DNA of 64,000 bases from Felis catus (taxonomy: Eukaryota), in assembly GCF_018350175.1 (NCBI RefSeq), contig NC_058368.1, forward strand, positions 93,808,001-93,872,000, read 5' to 3'. Of this stretch, positions 13,379-25,790 are shown piece by piece (the first letter of the stretch is position 1; every line of letters starts with the position of its first letter). A program made the position numbers and the translations under genes. The notes below the pieces were generated by a model, which was given only the letters and a program-made list of their open reading frames with translations, was not told where the DNA came from and ran no database searches.

Positions 13379-13541
13379 ATTATGATTGAAGCACACGTGA
13401 CTTGAAGTATGAACTATGCCAGGCCTTCCATGGAGGGGGCAGCCTGTTCTCCAAGCCTTCAGTGTGAACTTTAACAGCAACAGGGATGACAGGAGCCAAC
13501 ACTTCCTGAACACTTAGCTTTTGCCACGTATTCAACTAGAT

Positions 13542-13764
13542 CAGGTGTCGGCAAACTTTTTCTGGAAGGGACCAGATAGCAAATGTTTTGGGACTCTCTG
13601 GGCCCTGATCTCTGTCACAACTACTCAGTTTTGCCGTCGTAGTGAGAAAGCAGCCACAGATAACATGGGAGGGGCGAACGTGGTTCTGTTCCAATAAAAC
13701 TTAATTTTCCAAAACAGGCAGCAGGCTGGGCGGGGGTCCACAGGACATAGCTTGAGGGCTCCCG
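13542..13764 (+). mobile_element. MER58A-like hAT-Charlie MITE inside a MIR (~13490-13940)
   Basis: caggtgtcggcaaactttttctg...gaaagcagccacagataa...ccaataaaactt. Confidence 0.85.
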
Positions 13765-14504
13765 ACTGAATGATTTACAGATTTACATGTATCAAGTTAT
13801 TTGATCCTCAAAACACTGCCACTAATTTACAGATAAGGAATCTGAGGCACAGAGAGGTCACGTAACCAGCCTGGCACAGCACAGCTCACACATGGTAAAG
13901 CTGAGATTCACACCCATGCAGCTCGGCTCCAGAAGGTGAAAGCCAAGTCACCGTGAGTGTGGCTGGGCCAGGACGAGCCCCAGGCTCGGTCATGTATACG
14001 TTTCTTCTGCAAATTGATGAGTTATGTGGTTTCTTTACCTATAAGACGCCTACCTCACACAGTAATAAGGAGAATAAAATGTCAGAAAATGGAATGAACC
14101 GAACATTGTTTCCATCGGCACAGTGCTTTGGAAGAGTGGTCAAGTCACTCCACATGTTTGGGTCCTTTTGGTAGAGTATGTGAGGGTGGTGGTGGTGGGG
14201 TGTCTCTGGGTTACTGGGGACACCTGCGTCTGCCTATGTGTGATCATCTTGGCAGTTTATACAAGAATGGTTGCGTTAGCAGCCTATGATTTTTCCGCTG
14301 CTGTTCTTTCCTCTACATACTTCCTGCAATTATTGTGAGAATCAAAGGGAAGGGAAAGAAATAGAGCCACTTATGGAGAATAAGGAATGTTAACAGAAAT
14401 TCTGTAGTATGCATACAGGGAGAAACTTTATGCTTCATGTTCTTTCTCCAAAAATATAGATAAGTATGCGTGTTCTTTAACAGCTATGCTGGAGGTTTCT
14501 TGGA

Positions 14505-15337
14505 TTTTTTTTTTTAATAATGTTTATTTTTGAGACAGAGAGAGAGAGAGAGAGAGAGTGCAAGTTGGGGAGGAGCAGAGGGGAAGAGAGAGAGAGAGAG
14601 AGAGAGGAGAGAGACACAGAATCCGAAGCAGGCTTAAGGCTCTGAGCTGTCGGCCCAGAGCCCCATGTGGGGCTCGAACCCATGAACCATGAGATCATGA
14701 CCTGAACTGAAGTCGGACGCCTAACCGACTGAGCCACCCGGGTGCCCCTGGAGCTCTCTTGGATTTTTAAGAGATGAATAAAAATGTTTGGAGCTCAAAT
14801 TTAATTATTATTTTGGAGAGCCAAATTTTTATGATTCAATCGACTCCATCTGTGTTCACAAGCTAAGTCAAAAGGAAAGTTTGCTGGGTTACATTTTCTA
14901 GCTCCCTTTCTGTGTATCATTTGTAATACCACGTGGCTCCCTTTTTAGATAAGTCTACTGAAAAAAACTAATGTCTGCAATGGAAATTTATTTTGTGTAG
15001 AACTTCTGTTTTTTCTTTTCTGTATTTTTGTTTCAAAGTTTTACTTACTTTTTTTAAAAAAATTCTTTTTAGATTTATTTATTTTTGAGAAACAGAGTGA
15101 GACAAAGTGTGAGCAGGGGAGAGGCAGAGAGAGAAGGAGACACAGAATCTGAAGCAGGCTCCAGGCTCTGAGCAAGAGGTCAGCACAGAGCCTGACGCAG
15201 GACTCGAGCCCAATGAGATCATGACCTGAGCCAAAGTCAGACACTCAACCGACTGAGCCACCCAGGTGCCCCAAGTTTTACTTTTTAAAAATTTTTTAAT
15301 GTTTATTTATTTTGAGGGAGAGAGAGAGTAGGAGAGG

Positions 15338-15379
<42 letters not shown>

Positions 15380-15748
15380 CCTAAGCAGGCTCCATGCTCA
15401 GCATGGAGCCGGACACGGGGCTAGATCTCATGACAGTCTGCTACGATCTGCTCATGATCTGAGCAGAAATCAAGGGTTGGATGCTTAACCAACTGAGCCA
15501 CCCAGTTGCCCCTAAATTTTCATTTTATTAAAAAAATTTTTTTTAATGTTTATTTATTTTTGAGAAAGAGACAGAGACAGAGTACGAGGGTGGGGAGGAG
15601 CAGAGAGAGAGGGAGACACAGAATCCGAACCAGCCTCCAGGATCTAAGCTGTCAGCACAGAGCCCGACACGGGGCTCGAACTCATGAACGGTGAGATCAG
15701 ACCTGAGCTGAAGTCTGATGCTTAACGGACTGAGCCACTCAGGCGCCA
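14505..15748 (-). mobile_element. Four Can-SINEs (14505-14749, 15045-15272, 15290-15511, 15535-15748)
   Basis: Four reverse-complement SINE bodies. Confidence 0.9.
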
Positions 15749-15779
15749 CAATAAACATTTTTTTTTTTTTAAAGAATGC

Positions 15780-16130
15780 TACATAAAGTTACATGGATAT
15801 AACCTTCTGAGATTGACTGTTTTCTTCCGCATAATTCCTGATGCATATATCTGGAATTCATCCTTTTTATTGCTGAGTAGTGATCCATAGTACAGATGCA
15901 CAACAATTTCTTCAACTGTTCACCATGGAAGGACATTTGGTTTATCTCCAGTTTGGGATATTATGAGTAGAGTTGCCATGATTATCCATGGACAAGTTTT
16001 TGTATGAACATAAATGTTCATTTCTCTGGAATAAATACCCACAAGTATCATTGCTAGATTATACAAAGTGCATGATCAGTTTTCAGGAAACTGCCAAACT
16101 GTATTCTCAAGTGACTATGCTATTTCATCA
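15780..16130 (-). mobile_element. Old L1M 3' fragment
   Basis: ctttttattgctgagtagt...gaaggacatttgg...ttctctggaataaatacc...gaaactgccaaactg. Confidence 0.7.
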
Positions 16131-16299
16131 TTATTTATCTTTGAAGTATATGTTAAACAGGAAAACTCTTTGTGAGTTCAACATTAACTGTAATATCAAG
16201 TATGCATATTTTTAAAGATTTAACTCAATGATATCTTTTGTCATCTGAGAAATTACACAATTCATCTTACATAAGATCTATTGTTAAATTATTTTATTT

Positions 16300-16411
16300 T
16301 ATTTTTAAGTACTTTATTTTCAAGTAATCTCTACACCCAATATGGGCCTTGAACTCACAACCATAAGATCAAGAGTCACGTGCTCTTCTGACTGAGCCAG
16401 CCAGACACCTC
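16300..16411 (-). mobile_element. Short older Can-SINE
   Basis: caagtaatctctacaccc...gagccagccagacacc. Confidence 0.85.
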
Positions 16412-16474
16412 ATATTTTTAAAAAAAATTTTTAATGTTTTTATTTATTTATTTTTGAGACAGAGAGAGACAGAG

Positions 16475-16854
16475 TGAAAGGGCGGGCCTACGCCAGCCGA
16501 CTCCATCTTGTTCTGTGTCCTTCACCTAGACCACGCCTCCTCCCCTTGAGTAACCTCCCGCTCACCCATTCAAACTTCCTGATCAAAACACACCCAGCGA
16601 CCTGCGTAACAGGACTCTGACCCTTCCCCAGCCAATCGGCCAAGGCCACGCCCCTTCCCCAGCCAATCGGCTGCCCCTAGACCCCTATAAAACCTTTGTG
16701 CTTTTGAAACTCGCTCTCTCTCCCTGGTATCTCACCGCTGCATCGGTGCAGGTAGGGGATTGAGCTCGAGCTAGCTCGAATAAAGGCTCTTTTGCTTTTG
16801 CATCGGACTCGGCTCCCTGGTGGTCTTTGGGGATCACGAATTCTGGGCATAACA
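16475..16854 (+). mobile_element. Solo LTR, gammaretrovirus/ERV1-class, 380 bp
   Basis: TG...CA termini (tgaaag...ataaca); 4-bp TSD agag; duplicated CCAAT unit; TATAAAA at 16686; AATAAA at 16779. Confidence 0.92.
16621..16692 (+). promoter_or_regulatory. LTR U3 core promoter (two CCAAT boxes and a TATA box)
   Basis: cccttccccagccaatcggc at 16621 and 16652; tataaaa at 16686-16692. Confidence 0.7.
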
Positions 16855-17241
16855 AGAGCATGAGCAGGGGAGGGGCAGAGAGAGAGGGAGACACAGAATC
16901 TGAAACAGGCTCCAGGCTCTGAGCTGTCAGCACAGAGCCCGATGCAGGGCTCGAACTCACGGACTGTGAGATCATGACCTGAGATGAAGTGGGAAGCTCA
17001 ACCTACTGAGCCACCCAGGCTCCCCAAGGCACCCCATATTTTTAACTCAAAATCCACCCAATGGTGGAGGAGAATTTAAACCTCTTCGTGTTCCTACTAT
17101 TGAATATACTTCATGTAGGGGATCTTTACTGATATTTAACCTTTCTCATCTTTCAAAAACAAGACAGTCTCCGCTGCATTCAAAAATGTGTTATCCTCAA
17201 CAAAGGTCAAAATGAATAAAAATTAAATTGCTAATGTGCTG

Positions 17242-17460
17242 AGGGAGCCTGGGGGGTTTAGTTGGCTAAGCGTCCAACTTCAGCTCAGATCATGATCTCG
17301 CAGTTTGTGGGTTCGACCCCGCGTCAAGGCTCTGTGCTGACAACTCAGAGTCTGGAGCCTGCTTCGGATTCTGTGTCTCCCTCTCTCTTTGTTTCTCCCC
17401 CAGTGGCGCTCTGTCTCTCTCTCGCTCAAAGATAAAATAAAACATTAAAAAAATTTTAAA
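17242..17460 (+). mobile_element. Feline Can-SINE
   Basis: Complete SINE. Confidence 0.9.
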
Positions 17461-18043
17461 TTGTTAAGGCACTGAAAGAAAATGTGCTTTTCTCCTCTGT
17501 TTTTACAAGTGGAGAATACAAAGCACAGTGAAATCAAAACTTTCCCCCCAATATCCTATAGTTTAAGAGCAGAAAATACAAGCTCTTAATTGGGTTGACT
17601 CCAAAGGTGCACTTAAGAAAACCCACAAAAGAATGCGATTTTTATCCTTCCTTTTCTTTTACTTCATGTAGGTAGACCAGAAGATCAAACCACAGAAACT
17701 TTTTTTTCTAAACAAAACAAAACAAAACAAAACAAAACAAAAAAAATCAAAAAGTGCTTGGAAGTCAAGGTGGTATTCTCTATAAAGGAGCAAACAGATA
17801 CAAGGGTGACTGGGGAGCACGATCTCATGGACCGCGAAAGAAAAGATAGCGCGTGAGCTCAGCTACACTATTTATGACTCAGCTGACAAATGTCTGTGGA
17901 GAACTGACTGTATGCCAGACACTGGGCTGGGTGTTGTGGGGAGACGGGAGGCCACAGGCTATAGGAGGAGAAGTATAATGCCATCCAAGCACTTTCTGCC
18001 CAGCTGTGCCACACGTGGCTCCCCCGTGAAGAGGCTGGAGAGA

Positions 18044-18479
18044 GGGGCGCCTGGGTGGCTGAGTCAGTTAAATGTCTAACTTCAGCTCAGGTCATGATCT
18101 CACGGTTCATGAGTTCAAGCCCCGCGTCGGGCTCTGTGCTGACAGATCAGAGCCTTGAACCTGCTTTGGATTCTGTGTCACCCTCTCTCTGCCCCTCCCC
18201 CACTGCTTGTGCTCTCTCTCTCTTTCAAAAATAAACATTAAAAAATTTAAAATAAGGGGCGCCTGGGTGGCTCAGTCGGTTGACTGTCCGACTACGGCTC
18301 AGGTCATGATCTCACGGTTCGTGGGTTCGAGCCCTGCGTTGGGCTCTGTGCTGACAGCTCAGAGCCTGGAGCCTGCTTTGGATTCTGTGTGTGTGTCTCT
18401 CTCTCTCTCTCTGCCCTTCTCCTACTCACACTCCGTCTCTCTCCATTTCAAAATTAAATAAACATTAAAAAAAAAAAAA
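18044..18479 (+). mobile_element. Head-to-tail Can-SINE dimer
   Basis: Heads at 18044 and 18256; outer TSD aagaggctggagag. Confidence 0.95.
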
Positions 18480-18670
18480 GAGGCTGGAGAGTGACACAGG
18501 ACAGCATATACCTAGGTGACAATAGCCCACATTTGCACTGACCTCAGGACAAATGCTGGGCAGACAGCTTTATACATATTACTTGTTCAGTCCTGTGAGG
18601 TCACTGTCATCGCTCCATTTTACAGATGAGGACACTGAGATTTGGAGAGTTAGTAAAATATAACATGTCA

Positions 18671-18845
18671 TGGGGCGCCTGGGTGGCTCAGTCGGTTGTG
18701 TCTGACTCTTGATTTCAGCGATGCGTGAGTTCGGGCCCCACATCGGGCTCTGTCCTGACAGAGCAGAGCCTGCTTGGGATTCCCTCTCTGTCTGCCCCTC
18801 CCCGACTCTCTCTTTCTCAAAATAAATAAACATTAACAAATAAAA
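18671..18845 (+). mobile_element. Can-SINE inside a MIR
   Basis: TSD taaaatataaca(t/c)gtcat; MIR core ccattttacagatgaggacactgag. Confidence 0.9.
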
Positions 18846-19582
18846 TATAACACGTCATTTACAACTGTCTGGTTTTCCATGTGCACTGAAAATGCCTCCC
18901 ATCCACATGATCTTTCCTGCCCCGAGGATGGCATGCCCCTGTCCACAGAGGTGCAGCCTGACCTGGGAGGCAGCTGTGGGCTACAGTCTCCTTTGACCCC
19001 ATGTGATTTTGGGCCAACGTCATCTTTGACCAAGACTTGTATACATTAGTCGCTGCAAACCGAACTCATCCGAGCTCCAGGAAGCAGGAATCAGAGCGTT
19101 CTTCCGTTCTAGAGAACACAATCTCCTTCACTCTTGGTTTCCAGCTTTATTTAGACACAGGACTCCCCTTTCCAACATTTTACCCTGAGGGGGAAAAAAA
19201 AAAGGAAAAACAAGGAATTGTTTTGGTTGAAGAAGGTAGGGGAGTGGCCAAGGTCTCACCGGTTCTCACCACTTTCCTTCCCTGGAGGCTGCCGAGGGGC
19301 TGAGCAGTTACTGCTGGAAGCCTGGCTCACCCTTGGCTCTTCTCTGAACCTGAGATGCATGAAAGTGTCATCCTGTTGGCCGCAACCATATGAAAGTCTG
19401 GTGAGAAGCTGGAAGTGGCACCCAGGTGTGCAGACGAAGGAGGCCACCCCTCACCTACTAGGGCACGGGGGAGTCCCTGGTGCCCACACAGTCTGGCTGC
19501 ACCTGCTCGCTAACCCCCGGCTTCCATAATTACATGCACCCATGTTAACATGCAGGTATTTCCCAAGCAGTAAAAAGTTAAA

Positions 19583-19629
19583 GGGGCGCCTGGGTGGCTC
19601 AGTCGGTTGAGCATCTGACTCTTGATTTC
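19583..19629 (+). mobile_element. 5' part of a Can-SINE split by the L1
   Basis: ggggcgcctgggtggctcagtcggttgagcatctgactcttgatttc; continues after 25615. Confidence 0.92.
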
Positions 19630-19905
19630 TTTTCTTTTCTTTTTTTTTTTTACCTTTTTTTTAAATTTTTATTTTTTTTCAATACATGAAGTTTATTGTC
19701 AAATTGGTTTCCATACAACACCCAGTGCTCATCCCAACAGGTGCCCTCCTCAATACCCATCACCTACCCTCCCCTTCCTCCCACCCCCCATCAACCCTCA
19801 GTTTGTTCTCAGTTTTTAAGAGTCTCTTATGCTTTGGCTCTCTTCCACTCTAACCTCTTTTTTTTTTTTTTCCTTCCCCTCCCCCATGGGTTTCTGTTAA
19901 GTTTC

Positions 19906-22900
19906 TCAGGATCCACATAAGAGTGAAACCATATGGTATCTGTCTTTCTCTGTATGGCTTATTTCACTTAGCATCACACTGTCCAGTTCCATCCACGTTG
20001 CTACAAAAGGCCATAGTTCATTCTTTCTCATTGCCACATAGTACTCCATTGTGTATATAAACCACAATTTCTTTATCCATTCATCAGTTGATGGACATTT
20101 AGGCTTTTTCCATAATTTGGCTATTGTTGAGAATGCTGCTATAAACATTGGGGTACAAGTGCCCCTATGCATCAGTACTCCTGTATCCCTTGGGTAAATT
20201 CCTAGCAGTGCTATTGCTGGGTCATAGGGTAGGTCTATTTTTAATTTTCTAGGAACCTCCACACTGTTTTCCAGAGTGGCTGCACCAATTTGCATTCCCA
20301 CCAACAGTGCAAGAGGGTTCCCGTTTCTCCACATCCTCTCCAGCATCTATAGTCTCCTGATTGGTTCATTTTGGCCACTCTGACTGGCGTGAGGTGATAT
20401 TTGAGTGTGGTTTTGATTTGTATTTCCCTGATGAGGAGCGACGTTGAGCATCTTTTGATGTGCCTGTTGGCCATCTGGATGTCTTCTTCAGAGAAGTGTC
20501 TATTCATGTTTTCTGCCCATTTCTTCACTGGGTTATTTGTTTTTCGGGTGTGGAGTTTGGTGAGCTCTTTATAGATTTTGGATACTAGCCCTTTGTCTGA
20601 TATGTCATTTGCAAATATCTTTTCCCATTCCGTTGGTTGCCTTTTAGTTTTGTTGGTTGTTTCCTTAGCTGTGCAGAAACTTTTTATCTTCATAAGGTCC
20701 CAGTAGTTCACTTTTGCTTTTAATTCCCTTGCCTTTGGGGATGTGTCAAGTAAGAAATTGCTATGGCTGAGGTCAGAGAAGTCTTTTCCTGCTTTCTCCT
20801 CTAGGGTTTTGATGGTTTCCTGTCTCACATTCAGGTCCTTTATCCATTTTGAGTTTATTTTTGTGAATGGTGTGAGAAAGTGGTCTAGTTTCAATCTTCT
20901 TCATGTTGCTGTCCAGTTCTCCCAGCACCATCTGTTAAAGAGACTGTCTTTTTTCCATTGGATGTTCTTTCCTGCTTTGTCAAAGATGAGTTGGCCATAC
21001 GTTTGTGGGTCCAGTTCTGGGGTTTCTATTCTATTCCATTGGTCTGTGTGTCTGTTTTTGTGCCAATACCATGCTGTCTTGATGATGACAGCTTTGTAGT
21101 AGAGGCTAAAGTCTGGGATTGTGATGCCTCCTGCTTTGGTCTTCTTCTTCAAAATTACTTTGGCTATTCGGGGCCTTTTGTGGTTCCATATGAATTTTAG
21201 GATTGCTTGTTCTAGTTTCGAGAAGAATGCTGGTGCAATTTTGATTGGGATTGCATTGAATGTGTAGATAGCCTTGGGTACTATTGACATTTTGACAATA
21301 TTTATTCTTTCAATCCATGAACACGGAATGTTTTTCCATTTTCTTTATACCTTCTTCAATTTCCTTCATAAGGTTTCTATAGTTTTCAGCATACAGATCT
21401 TTTACATCATTGGTTAGATTTATTCCTAGGTATTTTATGCTTCTTGGTGCAATTGTGAATGGGATCAGTTTCTTTATTTGTCTTTCTGTTGCTTCATTGT
21501 TAGTGTATAAGAATGCAACTGATTTCTCGACATTGATTTTGTATCCTGCAACTTTGCTAAATTCATGTATCAGTTCTAGCAGACTTCTGGTGGAGTCTAT
21601 CGGATTTTCCATGTATAATATCATGTCATCTGCAAAAAGTGAAAGCTTAACTTCATCCTTGCCAATTTTGATGCCTTTGATTTCCTTTTGTTGTCCGATT
21701 GCTGATGCTAGAACTTCCAACACTATGTTAAACAACAGCAGTGAGAGTGGACATCCCTGTTGTGTTCCTGATCTCAGGGAAAAAGCTCTCAGTTTTTCCC
21801 CATGGAGGATGATGTTAGCTGTGGGCTTTCATAAATGGCTTTTATGATCTTTAAGCATATTCCTTCTATCCCGACTTTCTTGAGGGTTTTTATTAAGAAA
21901 GTTTGCTGAATTTTGTCAAAGGCCTTTTCTGCATCGATTGACAGGATCCTATGGTTCTTATCTTTTCTTTTATTAATGTGATGTATCACGTTGATTGATT
22001 TGCGAATGTTGAACCAGCCCTGCATCCCAGGAATGAATCCCACTTGATCATGGTGAGTAATTCTTTTTATATGCTGTTGAATTCGATTTGCTAGTATCTT
22101 ATTGAGAATTTTTGCATCCATATTCATCAGGGATATTGGCCTGTAGTTCTCTTTTTTTACTGGGTCTCTGTCTGGTTTAGGAATCAAAGTAATACTGGCT
22201 TCATAGAATGAGTCTGGAAGTTTTCCTTCCCTTTCTATTTCTTGGAATAGCTTGAGAAGGATAGGTATTATCTCTGCTTTAAACGTCTGGTAGAACTCCC
22301 CTGGGAAGCCATCTGGTCCTGGACTCTTATTTGTTGGGAGATTTTTGATAACCGATTCAATTTCTTCGCTGGTTGTGGGTCTGTTCAAGCTTTCTATTTC
22401 CTCCTGATTGAGTTTTGGAAGAGTGTGGGTGTTCAGGAATTTGTCCATTTCTTCCAGGTTGTCCAATTTGTTGGCATATAATTTTTCATAGTATTCCCTG
22501 ATAATTGCTTGTATCTCTGAGGGATTGGTTGTAATAATTCCATTTTCATTCATGATTTTATCTATTTGGGTCATCTCCCTTTTCTTTTTGAGAAGCCTGG
22601 GTAGAGGTTTGTCAATTTTGTTTATTTTTTCAAAAAACCAACTCTTGGTTTCGTTGATCTGCTCTACAGTTTTTTTAGATTCTATATTGTTTATTTCTGC
22701 TCTGATCTTTATTATTTCTCTTCTTCTGCTGGATTGAGGCTGTCTTTGCTGTTCTGCTTCTATTTCCTTTAGGTGTGCTGTTAGATTTTGTATTTGGGAT
22801 ATTTCTTGTTTCTTGAGATAGGCCTGGAGTGCAATGTATTTTCCTCTCAGGACTGCCTTCGCTGCATCCCAAAGCATTTGGATTGTTGTATTTTCATTTT

Positions 22901-23730
22901 CATTAGTTTCCATATATTTTTAAATTTCTTCTCTAATTGCCTGGTTGACCCATTCATTCTTTAGTAGGGTGTTCTTTAACCTCTAGGCTTTTGGAGGTTT
23001 TCCAGACTTTTTCCTGTGGTTGATTTCAAGCTTCATAGCATTGTGGTCTGAAAGTATGCATGGTATGATTTCAATTCTTATATACTTATGAAGGGCTGTT
23101 TTGTGACCCAGTATGTGATCTATCTTGGAGAATGTTCCACGTGCACTCGAGAAGAAAGTATATTCTGTTGCTTTGGGATGCAGAGTTCTCAATATATCTG
23201 TCAAGTCCATCTGATCCAATGTATCATTCAGGGCCCTTGTTTCTTTATTGACCGTGTGTCTAGATGATCTATCCATTTCTGTAAGTGGAGTGTTAAAGTC
23301 CCCTGCAATTACCACATTCTTATCAATAAGGTTGCTTATGTTTGTGAGTAATTGTTTTATATATTTGGGGGCTCCTGTATTCGGCACATAGACATTTATA
23401 ATTGTTGGCTCTTCCTGATGGATAGACCCTGTGATTATTATATAATGCCCTTCTTCATCTCTTGTTACAGCTTTTAATTTAAAGTCTAGTTTGTCTGATA
23501 TAAGTATGGCTACTCCAGCTTTCTTTTGACTTCCAGTGGCATGATAAATAGTTCTCCATCCCCTCACTCTCAATCTGAAGGTGTCCTCAGGTCTAAAATG
23601 AGTCTCTTGTAGACAGCAAATAGATGGGTCTTGTTTTTTTTATCCATTCTGATACCCTATGTCTTTTGGTTGGTGCATTTAGTCCATTTACGTTCAGTGT
23701 TATTATAGAAAGATATGGGTTTAGAGTCAC
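19906..23730 (-). pseudogene. L1 ORF2 (endonuclease/reverse transcriptase), disrupted
   Basis: EN motifs TLNVNGLN, GDFN and SDH; RT motifs PGPDGF and FADD; C-terminal HCWWEC. Split by frameshifts (~23635, ~21820, ~21340, ~20250) and stops (22983, 20901). Confidence 0.95.
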
Positions 23731-23780
23731 TGTGATGTCCGTAGGTTTCATGCTTGTAGCGATGTCTCTGGTACTTTGTC

Positions 23781-24674
23781 TCACAGGATCCCCCTTAGGA
23801 TCTCTTGTAGGGCTGGTTTAATGGTGATGAATTCCTTCAGTTTTTGTTTGTTTGGGAAGACCTTTATCTCTCCTTCTATTCTAAATGACAGACTTGCTGG
23901 ATAAAGGATTCTCGGCTGCATATTTTTTCTGTTCATCACATGGAAGATCTCCTGCCATTCCTTTCTGGCCTGCCAAGTTTCAGTAGAGAGATCTGTCACG
24001 AGTCTTATAGGTCTCCCTTTATATGTTAGAGCACGTTTATCTCTAGCTGCTTTCAGAATTTTCTCTTTATCCTTGTATTTTGCCAGTTTCACTATGATAT
24101 GTCGTGCAGAAGATCGATTCAAGTTACGTCTGAAGGGAGTTCTCTGTGCCTCTTGGATTTCAATGCCTTTTTCCTTCCCCAGATCAGGGAAGTTCTCAGC
24201 TATTATTTCTTCAAGTACACCTTCAGCACCTTTCCCTCTGTCTTCCTCCTCTGGAATACCAATTATGCGTAGATTATTTTTCTTTAGTGCATCACTTAGT
24301 TCTCTAATTTTCCCCTCATACTCCTGGATTTTTTTATCTCTCTTTTTCTCAGCTTCTCCTTTTTCCATAATTTTATCTTCTAGTTCACCTATTCTCTCCT
24401 CTGCCTCTTCAATCCGAGCCATAGTTGTCTCCATTTTATTTTGCAGCTCATTGATAGCATTTTTTAGCTCCTCTTGGCTGTTCCTTAATCCCTTGATCTC
24501 TGTAGCAAGAGATTCTCTGCTGTCCTTTATACTGTTTTCAAGCCCAGTGATTAATTGTATGACTATTATTCTAAATTCACTTTCTGTTATATTGTTTAAA
24601 TCATTTTTGATCAGTTCGTTAGCTGTTGTTATTTCCTGGACGTTTTTCTGAGGGGAATTCTTCCATTTTGTCAT
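23781..24674 (-). CDS. L1 ORF1p RNA-binding protein, open, 297 aa
   Basis: ATG at 24674 (MTKWKNSPQ); coiled coil, NLRIIGIPE, ARKEW and YPASLSF motifs; no internal stops. Confidence 0.9.
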   Translation of the reverse strand: MTKWKNSPQKNVQEITTANELIKNDLNNITESEFRIIVIQLITGLENSIKDSRESLATEIKGLRNSQEELKNAINELQNKMETTMARIEEAEERIGELEDKIMEKGEAEKKRDKKIQEYEGKIRELSDALKKNNLRIIGIPEEEDRGKGAEGVLEEIIAENFPDLGKEKGIEIQEAQRTPFRRNLNRSSARHIIVKLAKYKDKEKILKAARDKRALTYKGRPIRLVTDLSTETWQARKEWQEIFHVMNRKNMQPRILYPASLSFRIEGEIKVFPNKQKLKEFITIKPALQEILRGIL

Positions 24675-25599
24675 TTTGGATGGTCCCTGGAGTGGTGCGG
24701 GACTGCAGGGCACTTCCGCTGTGCTGTCTTGAATAACTTGCGTTGGTGGGCGGGGCCGCAGTCAGACCTGATGTCTGCCCCCAGCCCACCGCTGGGGTCT
24801 CAGTCAGACTGGTGTGTGCCTTCTCTTCCCCTCTCCTAGGGGCGGGATTCACTGTGGGGTGGCGTGGCCCATCTGGGCTACTTGCACACTGCCAGACTTG
24901 TGGTGCTGGGGATCTGGCGTATTAGCTGGGGTGGATCGGCAAGGTGCCCGGGGGCGGGAGGGGCAGGCTCAGCCTGCTTTTCCTTCGGAGATCTGCTTCG
25001 GGAGGGGCCCTGTGGCACCAGGAGGGAGTCAGACCCGCTGGAGGGATGGATCCGCAGAAACATAGCATTGGGTGTTTGTGGGGTGCAAGCAAGTTCCCCG
25101 GCTGGAACCAGTTCCCTTTGGGATTTTGGCTGGGGGATGGGAGAGGGAGATGGCGCTGGTGAGTGCCTTTGTTCCCCACCAAGCTGCTCTCTGTCGTCTG
25201 GGGCTCAACACCTCTCCCTCCCGTTGTCCTCCAGCCCTCCCGTTCTCAGAGCAGAGCTGTTAGCTTATAACCTTCCAGATGTCAAGTCCCGTTTGCTGTC
25301 AGAACACACCCGTCCGGCCCCTCCGCTCTTGTAAGCCAGACTGGGGGGGGGGGGGTTCTGCTTGGCCGGAGGGCCGCCCCTCCGCCCCGGCTCCCTCCCG
25401 CCAGTCCGTGGAGCGCGCACTGTCTCTCTGCCCTTCCTACCCTCTTCCATGGGCCTCTTGCCTGTGCTTGGCTTTGGAGACTCCGTTCTGCTAGTCTTCT
25501 GGTGGTTTTCTGGGTTATTTAGGCAGGTGTAGGTGGAATCTTAAGTGATCAGCAGGACGCGTGGTGAGCCCAGCGTTCTCCTATGTCGCCGTCCTCCCC
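24675..25599 (-). promoter_or_regulatory. L1 5'UTR internal promoter (GC/CpG-rich)
   Basis: GC-rich ~925 bp between the 5' TSD and the ORF1 ATG. Confidence 0.75.
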
Positions 25600-25790
25600 T
25601 CTGACTCTTGATTTCAGCTCAGGTCATGATCTCACAGTCTTGTGATCAAGCTTCACGTCGCGCTCGGCCCTGACAGCATGGAGCCTGCTTGGGATTCTCT
25701 CCCTCCCTCTCTCTCTCTCTCTCTCTCTGCCTCTCTCCTGCACTCACAGCTGATTTCTCTCTCTCAAAATAAATAAACTGTAAGAAAAAG
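25600..25790 (+). mobile_element. 3' part of the L1-split Can-SINE
   Basis: Resumes agctcaggtcatgatctc, then (CT)n and A-tail. Confidence 0.92.

Larger units (their letters stand above)
16425..17025 (-). mobile_element. Feline Can-SINE split by a solo LTR
   Basis: SINE tail at 16425-16474; the body resumes in register at 16855. Confidence 0.95.
19630..25599 (-). mobile_element. Full-length felid LINE-1 (~5.97 kb)
   Basis: 5'UTR, ORF1, ORF2, 3'UTR and poly(A); 16-bp TSD tctgactcttgatttc at 19614-19629 and 25600-25615. Confidence 0.98.

Noticed and set aside
24073..24651. 192-aa plus-strand ORF in the L1, and other ORFs in the 5'UTR
   Set aside because: Antisense shadow of ORF1 and chance frames in GC-rich sequence; no support for an ORF0-like product
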